A stretch of 64,000 bases of DNA, taken from contig CAJINV010000008.1 in assembly GCA_905178155.1 (NCBI GenBank), positions 3,105,303 through 3,169,302 on the forward strand. Direction: 5' to 3'. The DNA is from Amoebophrya sp. A120 (taxonomy: Eukaryota > Protista > Dinoflagellata). Positions 15,001 through 27,000 of the stretch are shown here, in pieces (positions within the stretch are counted from its first letter, which is position 1; each line of letters begins with the position of its first letter). The notes beneath the pieces are model-generated. The model was not told the DNA's origin. It did not search any database and was given only the letters and a program-made list of their open reading frames with translations. The position numbers were made by a program, and so were the translations under genes.

Positions 15001-18000
15001 GTGTCCCCCCACGGAACTACCGGAAACAAGACAGGAGAGCACGCAAGATCTACCACTGCTCTTTGCGCATGCGCGGGACCATCTCGCGCAAAACGAGGCA
15101 CTCCATGCGGATCTGATGCAAGACCTGATGTGGACAGGAGCACATCGCCACAGCCAACGCAACACGCTGCGTTCGTCCTGCGCATTCGATCATACGGACG
15201 TGCTGTTGGGACATGAAGTGGACGCGCGAGGCCGACGAGTGACGAACGTCGATCCATTGCTCCACGAGCTGTTGCGCGTACCGAGGGGCGCTGGAAGTGG
15301 TTCCAGCACGTGCGCAAGGAAAGACAGAAACACGATAGGAAAAGACGCACAGAGCAACTGGGTGGACCGCAAGACCAAGAGGACGAAAAGCAGAAACAAG
15401 AAGAGCACTTCTTTATCGGGATCGACGACAAGTTCCCAGAAAAGTGTGGATCTGTCCTCCGCCGGACGCAGGTACTCGGCCTTGCTGCGGTCCGACGGCG
15501 AGGAAAGTGAGGACTACACGACCTGCTCTCTTCCATCTCAGCGCACGGCCGATGATGTCAATCGTGAAATGTTTACTAGCATTCGGAGCTCCGGTTCGCC
15601 GAGACGCGAGCGGTGCCTAGAAGTTGCTGGTGGAACGAAGAAAGCAGTCGCGTCCATGATGTTGTCAACTGTGGAAGTAGTCCAAGCCGGAAATGAAGAT
15701 GAAGCTGCCACCGAAATTGCTGTTCAGGAGCACGACGAACCACACGAGACGGAAACATGGACCTGCAATGGTGGGCAAGGTTCGCGCTCCTGCACGAACA
15801 AAGAGGAAATCGGCAAAGACCACCAGCTCGTTGAGAAGGAGGCTATTGTCGCATCGCTGTTGCTTAAGACCGGCGCCGCTGAGTCCCGTCTTCGAGCGCG
15901 CCTCTTCGCCCTGCAGACGAGAATGATTCGCACCGCCTCCTGTTTTCGATTGCGTTTTTGCTCCACCAGATCCACGAAAAAACAGGGCTTTATTTTGCGC
16001 TTGAGAAGAAATCTGCTGCGGATCCAGGGACACTACGAAATAGTGCTGGCCGGAGATGGTGCGGTTTGTGCACCGGATGATAGCGGCGCAAAAACACTAA
16101 GGAGTCTGGGGGCATGTGCCTCCGTCTCGTCCGAGGAAGTCGTGTGTAAAAATGATCTATTTATTTCCAAGAGTAGCAAGACTGCTGCCGAAAGAACGAC
16201 CGAAGGCTGGGAAGAGAACGACGGGCGGAAGAGAACACATACACGAAAGCTACCAAATGATAAAGCACAGAGCAAGATGAAAACATCAAGCTCTGCTATG
16301 TACTTCCGCCGATGGCTCGCGTCCTTTCTTGCCTCCCGGCGACGGTGGGCGCAAGAAATGCTGCGGAAATCCGACAAAACTCTCGTCGCGAAAAAGAAAG
16401 TCATATCTTGTGTAACAACTACGTCCCCACCTGAGAATGAAGACGAGGATGGGGATTTTTTTTCTAGAGAAACCTACTAGCAGCAAGTGTTGGCTGTTGG
16501 TGTAGTTCCGTGTGCTAAGTTTGGGGTCGCAGTGTATTTTTCACGACCCCTTTTCAACTGATGCAGCTGCAGCGCAAATCGGTCAACTTATGCTGCTTTT
16601 GGCATGACAAGCTCCCAGATACAGATTGCATCAATAGAAAATGTTTCTGATTATGGGCTTGGAGATGAGCATGACACGTCTGGGGAGGTGGGGAAGCGTT
16701 TACACAGGATGAGGCACCTTCAATTTGGAGGTCAGCGACAGCCCCAGACGGGAAGCAAGAACTGCAAAACCAAACGCGTCGCGCAGTCAAAGCGCTTTGC
16801 GACAGCCGCAGGACGACAAGCATGCGAAAAAGTGGGACAGCCGGCACGAACAGGAAGCGCCGCGTCGTGCACCAGGAAGAAATGGAACGAGACCACCAGA
16901 GGGTCGACGTCCGAAGATCTGTTCAGCAACATTGCGACATATGCATTGCAAAACCAAAAGTATCGTACCTCCTGTGCGTGTGCTAGGAATTATATCTCAA
17001 TTTTACACCAGAAGATGAAATTGAATTTCAAATGCAGAAGAGGTCGATCATGCAGCTGCCCTGCAATGATCACTAGGAGCACGATACTTATTTTTTTTGA
17101 AATTTGGATACGTCGAAGAGTACAATCTTCTTCCCATGCGACGAGAACCGAGAAGGAGAAAAATCGCGATTGCCTTTTGTTTTCAGGAATATCAACAGCA
17201 GCAAGAGGTGCAAGGCTGCTCTCAAGAAAGCCAGCTATATCAAGAGCTCATCGCAGGCAGCAAATGGAATTGCGTCGGGTTTACCGATTTCAGCTGCGAG
17301 CTGTCCGAAACTATTGTCGCTGGCTCCTGTTCGGAGGTAGCACTAGTGCCGAGCAGGCGAAGATGAACCCGCCCTCTTCTCGCATTATTGCGCACGACGA
17401 GGACGCGGCGTTATGTCCCCTCCCCATCGGCGCGCGGAGGTCGGTCTTCTCGGACGTGCTGAAACAGGAGCTGCAGCTCCGGGACAGTTGCAAAACGTCG
17501 ACGGAGGACGACGCAGGCGGCTTGCGGTCATGGTGGACGAAGGGCCGCGTCGACTTCGCAGAAGAATTCAGCACTGCGATCATCCAGAGCTGGGACGTCG
17601 TCCTGGATGTGTTTGAAAGGAAACAGTATCCGGAACAATCCTTTCCCAAATACTTCCGAAGTTGTACACCACAAGCCCTGGTGGAAGAAATGCTGTTGAA
17701 TCGAGGAGGTCATAGTACTACGCAAGACCTCCGATTTATTCCTCCCACGGGTGGTCGTGAAGTGGACCAAAACGAAGCCCTCGCTTCACTACCGAGAACT
17801 CCTGCCCGACCGGTTATTGCGTATTACCCGCAAGGACATATGGAATTTTTGCTCGGAGCTATCGTAGGTGCAACTACTACCGCTACCGATATATTCAAAT
17901 TTTTGAGGGTCGAAAAAAACAGCTGTTCAGGGTCCAAAAAAAAAGGGTCTCAGGGTTGCCGGAATCCCGACGTCAGGCTGCGGATCCGACCCTGCCGAAA

Positions 18001-21000
18001 GCCTGAAGACCGCACTGCTTCATCATCGTCGTAGCTAGTAAGAACACGCGACTTCATCATCATCTTCATGAGTTGTAATTTGATAAAGTGCTGGCACGTT
18101 ATAGTTAAAAGGTTTGGGGTTTAGGGTCTAAAGTCTTTATTTGTGAACTAGCTAACTCCTCAGAAAAGAAGCTCAAAAAAAGTCGAAAGCTGGAAGCCAA
18201 TCCGGGCGGGACTGTCGCTCTGGCCCCACCTGGGGCCAGAGCGACAGTCCCGCCCGGATTGGCTTCCAACTTTCGACTTTTTTTGAGCTTCTTTTCTGAG
18301 GAGTTAGCTAGTTCACAAATGAAGATTTTATATTAGCTATAACGTGCCAGCACTTGAAGTATTACATTAAATTACAACTCATGAAGATGATGAAGTGTGT
18401 TCTTATTAACTATTCACGACGACGATGAAGCAGTGTGGTCAGGCTGTCGGCACCAGGGTCGGATCTGCAGCCTCCTTCGAGATTCCGGCAACCCTGAACA
18501 GCTTTTTTCTTCGATCCTCAGAACCTATTTTTTCCGATCCTCAGAAGCTGTTTTTTTCGACCCTCAAAAATTGGAATATTCCGGTAGCGGTAGTAGTTGC
18601 ACCTACGATAGGAGCAGAACACGAACACCGTCCAGATCCAGAAGCGAAGAAAAGTGGAGGTCTCGTCAGGAGGAGTGTTTCCACCAACAAAACGCGAGCA
18701 GACCATTCTTTCCCCATGGAAATTGAAAATTCTACTTGTTTCACGGGGGTTGAAGATGAACAAGGAAGGCCTAAGGGTAAGGATATTCGTATGCCGCACC
18801 AGAGGAACTGCATCAATCGCACGGTTGCTTCGCAAACTGCCTTTCGCCGGCTCCTAGCCCGTATGCATTGCAAACACGTCTGCTAGAAGGTCTGGGCAAA
18901 AAGAAGCCCGCTAGCCTGTAGTGCTTGGCTGCCTGGCTGCATAATTGCAGGAAAAAAAACTGTATTGCATCTCCATGACCAACGAAAGCGCGACCTTTTC
19001 GGTATCCAAAGTGGACGCAATTTGAGCAACCAACGGAAAGCGTCCGATGATCAATTTACCATCTTTCGCTTGATGGCTGCACTGAAAAGGATACGCGACG
19101 TCGGTCAATAACATGATGCAGCGTGATCGCATGTTTGCCGACCCAAGAAGGAGCAAGACATTTGCAAAATGCATAATGCGGCAGGAGCGCGGACGGCAGG
19201 ATGACACGCGGCTGCCGCGCAGGGAGCTGCTGGCGAAGTACGGTCTGACTACGTTATCCAGAGACCAGCGCTTGGCGCGCTGCGGCTACAGACGAGCAAG
19301 AATGACGAAGGAGATCATGGGAGCGAACGACCAAGATGGTCAGGAGATGTTGAGCGGAAATGTCGAAACCACTGACCACGGGCTGAAGAGCGCACGACTT
19401 CTGCACGTAGCAGCAGGACGGGTCCAACAAGAAGGACAGCAAGAACCTCCCCCCTCAAGAATTCCGAACTTTCTCGACCGGCGCCCTTGGCCCGAGGATT
19501 TATCGCCAGTTGTCGTGGCATCCGATTGCGAGACGGATAGCATTTTTTCGGAGGAAGAGTACCTTGTCGCAGTCGCGGAGCAACTCACGGTGTGCACTCA
19601 CCAATACGTCACGGAAGCGCGGAGGTTGATTGTCCGGACGAACGACGGGATGATCAACACGATGCCGGGCGCGCCGAGCCATGGTGACCTTGGCGGCTCG
19701 TCTGGACACGACGTCGCAGTAGTTGGTGCAAATTGTCTTCTGGCACAAGCAGACGACGACCTGGATGAGGACTTTGGTGAAACTACAGAAAGTTTTCATC
19801 ATCAACATTATGTTGACGCAGCTTATGGATACGGCGCACGACGAAGACGCCGAACTGCCGTGGAGCGCAAACCCAACCGCACCGAGAGTACAAGAAGCCT
19901 TTTGCAAGAATCAAAGCGAAGAAGCGAAATGCACGAAAGGAAAGCTGAAAACAAAGCGATGCGAGATCAAGCCAAGCAGCGGCTGCAGGTGCGGTTGCGA
20001 AGCCTGTACGACACTTATCTTACCCGTGTTGCCATCCTGTTGAAGGACATCCAAAAGAAACGGAACCGCTATCACGCGGAGACAACTACGATTCTGAAGC
20101 CTAGTCGTCCAGCTCCCACGCAGCTGATAAAGAACGCTGCAGAGGTGGTCGTCGGAGCAAGCAGTTTCCACCGTGTCGGAACAAGCACAACGACATCACA
20201 GAAAAAGGGCATCGACAGAAGAACCCAGGAGAAGCTGTTGCGCAAGCTGGACTATGAAGCAGGCAAAAAACACAACGAGAGTCGCGAACGCAGTGCGGCC
20301 GAGATCGAGCGCATCGTGGAAAGGGGCCTGAGCCTATCAAGTGCAAAAATGTCTGGGTCTGGAAACTTGTAATGCTAAAAGTGAATGATAGGCGCACTGC
20401 AATACGCAGCTAGGCATGACAAATTTTTTCGCTGCCATGTCTTACGTATTCCGCATTGCAAACTGCGTTTTCGCATGAAAGGTAATAGGGCCTTTTGGTG
20501 CCTATGCAACACAGATTCTCGAATCATGCCAGACAAGCATGACAAACTTGCATTCTACTTCCAGACCCAGACACTTTTACATTTGATAGAGCAAGAGCCT
20601 CTACCGGTACTGCGGGACGGGGAGCGGCTGCGGGGACGAACTACCTGCGCGCCGCAGTGGGGGAAACAACGTGGCTCAGGATCATGAAGAAGGTGCGCAT
20701 CGTCGTGAGGATCACCTGCACGAGCTGCAGCAGCACTGCAGCACCGAGCTGGATCATGATCCTCTCGTCGACCAAGAAGAGCAGGATGAGGATGTACTAA
20801 GTGCTAGTGCTGAACAAGAAGCACAAGGACAAGCAAAAGCTGCACCGATAAATCGCCAGGACGACGAAAAAAACCAGAACGAGCAGGCACGTCTATCGCG
20901 AGGAGAACACAAATATCACCTAGATCAACCTGCTGAACGTCGATGGCAGCACCCGCGGTTCGCACCTGCCGGTCAGAAGCTCGTGCAGGCATGCAATATT

Positions 21001-24000
21001 TTCCGCCGCTTTTTGTACCTCAAAGCCGAACTGGAGCACAAAAAGGAAGTAGAAGAACACGTAGCTCCCTATTCTTCAGAAGAATTCATTCTCGGTAAAA
21101 ATAAAAGTTGTTCTTTCAACATCAGTGCAACTACAAGGTACTACGGGGACGATGTCGAACCGTGTACGAACAAGAGAACTTCCAGCTCAGGGACTTGGAC
21201 TTCTATCGGGAGGGTACAAGAAGAACAAGTCGGGAAAAAGCGGGCACCACACCTTGATGATGGAACGAGGAAGCGAAATCATGGTGATGTCGTGGCCCGG
21301 GCGCTGCACCAATTTTGGAATAACTCGCTGACTCTGTCTGACCAAGCTGCTCTGCTAAGTGTCTGCGACCACGTGGCCACGACACACCAGAACGCGAGTG
21401 CTGGAACCGAACGAAAATGTCGAAGCACTGGTGCGCGTAGAAGGTCTAGGAGCGGCGCGAAGAGGAACGGAACTCGAAGACCGGCAAGAGGCGCAGGCCT
21501 CGCCTTCGTTCATCCCGACGACGAAGACGACTACACCGCATCTTCCGAAGCGGAGTTTTCCTCCGAGGTTCGACCGGCAGGAGACGATTTCCGACGGGCG
21601 GGCGGCGAAATTGGTAGAATTGCCTCTGGCAGCACGACGAGGAAGAGGAACAGCAGTGGAGCAGGCATTACTAGGAATTGCAAAAGTTGTGTCGCGCTCG
21701 TACTGATTTTGAGAGGTCGTGCATTACAAGGGTGTAGATTTTTCCTCGGATCAACAAACTCGAACCCCATTTGCCAACATGCTGAGGAGAAAACTTGTGA
21801 TGCATTGCGATTTCCAGCTCCACTAGTCCTAGTGCCATACTTTTGCAATGGATAGTTGCAAGCCGTAAGCAAAAAGATTTTGACCCGCAGCCCCTTCCGC
21901 AGCCGCGGAACCTGGAGAGATTGATCCGGTGCTATCTGCGCTCATGTGTAACGACAGCGACTGCGGAGCTTGACGCCCTGCGATCCTCGTTTTGCCAGGT
22001 CGAGTCTAACTACCGTGCGGGACTGCAGAGGCAGGTCGACCGCGACAAGGAGCAGCAGGCCCTGCGCAAAAAACGGCAGCAGTACAAGCGGGAAGTGGAG
22101 ACGAAACGAGAAGCGGTTCAACATCTCCAGGGGTACAACAGAAACCTCAGCAAGGTCCCCGAGGACGGAAATTACAACCCCGACGGTCATATGCATAGGA
22201 AAATTTTTCTAGGTCTGGAAGAATGCAGTATGTCATGCTGTTGCTATAGATAATACCATGCATACGTAATAAATTTGAATCGTATTCGTAGGTACAAAAA
22301 TCTGTCTTTCATGAACGCCAAAAGTTACCCATTTCTTGCCACGCAAAACGCACTTTTCTCTTGCGGAGTAGACATTAAGAAGCTCTTGCGCAGTTGTCTG
22401 CGATGCTCTCGTGTTGTGCATTCTAGAGTATCTGTGTGATCCACGAGATGCATGATATATCAGCACACGCATCTCCCAGAGGTTCCAGAAACATTTGCAG
22501 TTGATAGACAGTCGAAATGATCCTGATCCATTTCTTCACGACGCCGACGGCCGCCGAGTAATGTTTGCTGCAGCCTCATCCGCAGTTTCCCGCCACAAAG
22601 GTGCAGCAGCTCGTGGAACAAATAACAGCGACGAGGACGACGATCGTGCAGGTTATGGAGAGGACGCCGACAGTCTTGCTCTGGACTCCGAACTGGATAT
22701 CAGCCCGCAGGGGAATACGGACTTGGCTAGTGACGCGCTCGGCGGTCGTTTGGGCTGCGAGCCGGTTTTACACGGGCAGCAGACTGTTGCGCAGCAGCTC
22801 GGAGCAGTGGAAGAGAAGTCGACCCCGGCGACGATTTGTCCGGGGGCGGCGGGCGGTACTCAAGCAGGCGAGGGCGGAAAATTTCCCAAGGAGCAAAGCG
22901 CCACGATACGGCGCCGGGACGAGGCCCTGAAGAACTTTTATAACCAGGACTTCACGAAGATGACGTCTGCAGACAGGAGCGAAAAACTTTTCACACTGAG
23001 CGCGCAGAGGCAGAAGGCGGCGCGGCAGGATGTGGAGAAACACAAGCGGTTCCTAGAGCAAATGAAAAAGCGGCGCAGCACAATGAAAAAGACGAAAGAC
23101 CGCGAGGCCCTGGATAAGGAGATCCGGAAAGTAACGCTTAAGATAAACGGTGGCGATCTGTTGGAAATCGAGGATCTCAGGCAAGGAGAAAATTGGACGG
23201 ATCTTTTGCAGGGACATATGTCCGCTCTGCAGGACCACAAGCTCGAACAGGAGTGGCACAAGAATTACATGCTCGATGCGCAATATGATCGTGAGAAAAA
23301 AATGTCTCAGTCTCACCTTTTGTTTAGCTTCCTTGACTTGAGACAGTCATGCCCCACATGTACGACATTCGTGTCGTCTTTTCTACGAATGTGTTTTCCG
23401 TTGTCGTGTCAGACGTTGATTGTGCTTTGCAGTTCTATTTGTTTCCGTGTCATGCTGTTGAGCATATTGGTTCTTCTCTTGTATTCCGGAGTCTGCATAA
23501 TGTTTGAGACTCAGACAGTTTTTTCTTGCGATATGCGAAACGTCTTGCGCGTGCACTCAGGGTACCGAGAGCACCACCTGCTGCGAGAGCAAATGCGGGG
23601 AGAAATTATGGGGAGAAAGCTGCAGGTCGTGCGGCACGCGGCATCTTCAGGCGGGCTCGCCAAAGCGATGGCGATGGTGATGCCCCAGCCGCCGCCGCGC
23701 GATCCCTACTGGCGCCTGATTCCGAAGCCGGATCCACGGAACCTGCAGCGGGGCAGCTGCACCGAGTTTGAATACGTTCCCTGGAACTTTCGGAGCACAA
23801 GAGAGTTGCACGTTATCCGTGCCTATCAAATGCAAATTCTAGATATGCGTCTGGGTTCTTTGGAAGAGTGCACGTGCAAGGCCTGTCATGCTCAATAAAG
23901 CACACTGACACTCATCAAGTCCTCCATCATGCGCATTTATTACCGAAAAGGCAGAAGCAGGCCCCTCTGTCTAGTTTGAAACCACACAGGAGAGGCAGAT

Positions 24001-27000
24001 TCGGCAACAAGCAGAAGCAGCTCAAAAACTTGTCATGCTTTGCCATAATTGATCGAGGCGAGGCCGTTCTTGTGATTTTTCAGTAAACACCATCACAAGT
24101 TTCTCGACTCAGACGCATGCGCAATCCATAGTGCCTGTCCCATTACTACGCTGTCCTTGATGCGGCACCGGGAAGAGCAGGAAAGAGAAAAACACATACA
24201 GAGCCAACTCAGGTTCGAACGGATGACGAGGCAGGCCGTTGCTCCTGGCGGGAGACGGGGTCATCCGCCGGAAGGAGCAAAATGGGACGACCACGACCAG
24301 GAAGAGCACCTGTGCCAGCATATCAAAGGGAAAAAAACCCCCTCCTCGTCCCTATACTAGTCAAGATGACAAGGCTGCTAGACAAACCAACAAGCTTTGG
24401 TTGTTCCGCATGACAAGTTTGGCCACATAGTGGGATCCTGTCGAGCAAGTTCAGCAGCGTCACAGATAATTTAAGTAGCGCATCGTGGTGATAGAAGATT
24501 GGGACATCAACACAAATTGTTCCGAAACATGACTAGAAAATGCTTCTCATGGGGCTCTGCTGGAGAAATATTATGAGCATGCAGATTTGCAATTGCATCA
24601 CAACTATGGGGTCGCGGGGACGTTTTTACATAGGATACAGAAGCTCCAGTCTTCACGAGGGCACCACGTGAAGAACCTGCAGGAGTGGCAGCTGGCCGAG
24701 TCGGCCGCTCGTCATTCATTTTACGGTAAAGATCATCGTTCTCAGCACCCTGGCGCAGGCACGACCAACAGCAGTACCAAAAGATGGGGAGCGGCAGGCG
24801 CCGGTGGAGTTCATCTGCTGCAAAGAGGGGAGAACCAACACCACCAACCAGCTGCGCGCCACCCGCTGCTGTTTCAGTACAACCTCATGGTGGACGAGCC
24901 ACCGCCTAACCCGCCCGAGCTGCAGCTGCTCTTGGAAGAAGACGGATCGGAGGACGAGGAGTTGCTAAACGAGGAAGAAGACGACGAGGCGCGCACCTAC
25001 CGGGCCATGAACGAGCGGCGGGAAGAGCAGGAGGAAAAGGAAGCCAAGGAAGATATTGCAAGGAAAAACTCCCCCTTCCCAAATTGAAAACGCATCCTTC
25101 TGAAAATCTGTGATGCAGATTTGTGACCACAAATCGGGTCCGTCTTGCAAGCAGGCACGCTCAGGCTATCCCTCACGCTATTCAGGCGATTTGTAATGCT
25201 GTAAGGCCTACAGAGTAGCGTAGCCGTCGACCATGCTGGGTGCCTATAACAAAAGGCCCCCGCCTAGGCTCAGGATCTGCGTGCATTCCTGTACAACTGC
25301 AACGCAAATCTGATTTGTGTATCCAAATCCAGCGTCAGAAACTTCGCTTCGATATGGAGACGGGGGAATTTTCCTCACAATAGAAGAGGAGGAACAGACG
25401 GAGTCCAGCACGGACTCGGACGACGTGGGACCCCGGTCGTGGTGGCAGCGGCGCTATCCTGTGCAAAAGTATCGTACTCGTATTGCAAATCAAGCATTGC
25501 AAATCTTTTTCTTGAGGTAAATCCGCATTACAAATTTCATTTCTCATTCTGAGGAAATTTGCAATGCATTTATACGAATGCGATACTTCTGCAGTGCATA
25601 GGCGCGGCAAGCACAAGGTCGGACCAGACGATGGCGACGGAGCAGCTGGAGCGGATGCGTTCGGGAGTCAAAAGATAATTTCCTCCAAGAATCTTCATAC
25701 GAAGCACGACAAAAATGACACTGGCAACAAGAACGCAACGACCAATAACGACTTTGAGTCGGTCACTAGCCTCACCACTGATAGCAGTTGGTCCTGGTCT
25801 CCATCTGAAGACGATGACTCTCGCTGGGGCGGCAAAAATACTCGCCGGCCTGCGAGAAGGTTTACTTCTATCGATGTGCAAAGCTCTTCCTCGACATCCT
25901 CCGGAACAACAAGAGAGGATGAACAGAAGTGCAATGTTGAAGTGGTTGCCAGCAGAGCAGGCAGTACTCCTGTGAGAGCGAAGATCCGCGGTGGAACTAC
26001 TACAACCAATATTACACAGCATTGTCCGACAAACACGTCAGCCGCCCTCGCCCAAAATAGCAGTTGTGGCTCCGCGGAGCTGCAGGATGAAGAGCGTGCA
26101 AGCCTCGAGGCCGTTGCGGTCGACGGTGCAGCTGGAGCTGGACCAGAGGTGGCAGGAGCGGTTTCATCTATTTATTTTCGCAGTAGTAAAACTAGCACGA
26201 CCAGCAGGAGAGAGGACGAGGACTTCTGCGCAGTGGGCGAGCAAGAACTGCAAGAGATGACCACTGCGGTGGAAAGAACTTTGGCGTGCAATGATGAGGC
26301 TGAGACTTCTCTGCCTCCTGCTGCTGCTGCAGAGCAGCGCCAGCCGCAGTCCTTCTTGATGTCCGCGCCGGGAATGTTGTTTGAGGAAAAACATAAAGAT
26401 ATCACCACTTCTTCTTCTAGCGAAAGACACGAACAAAAAATGATACCAGCGGAACAACAAGATGAACATGAACTACAGAAGGGCCAACAACAAGGGCTGT
26501 CCGATTGCAGTACTAGTTTGCTCGACGCTGCTCTCTTCAATACTGATCCTCCAATCTTGATGAAGATGCCACGACCAGCGGCGAACTTTCCCGTAGCGGC
26601 TGAAAACGGCCGTGACCTTGTCGCGGAAGCGGAACCGGGAGGTCCAGCAGGAGCGCTCTTTCCCGTAGGCGCGGAAGACGACCGTCATCAAGTAGATTTT
26701 GTCGCGGATGAACAGGAGCTGGCGGTCTCTGGTTTACGCTGAGTAAAAACGTACCCACACCAGAGTTGTAATGCAGATTTGCAAAGACAGGAAGACTTGT
26801 AATGCGCATCCCCATGAGAGCCAAGTCCAATCGTGTTTTGAAATTTGTGATGCTGTGAACAGGATGAGCAGATGAATCTGTGATGCGGCTGCATTTGCTA
26901 ACCTGCACTACACTACGAACTGCAACTTGTCATGCGTGATTCACAAAGCTCCTAGGTTTGTGTTGCAGAATCCCCATCCTGACTCTGGTGTGGGTACGTT

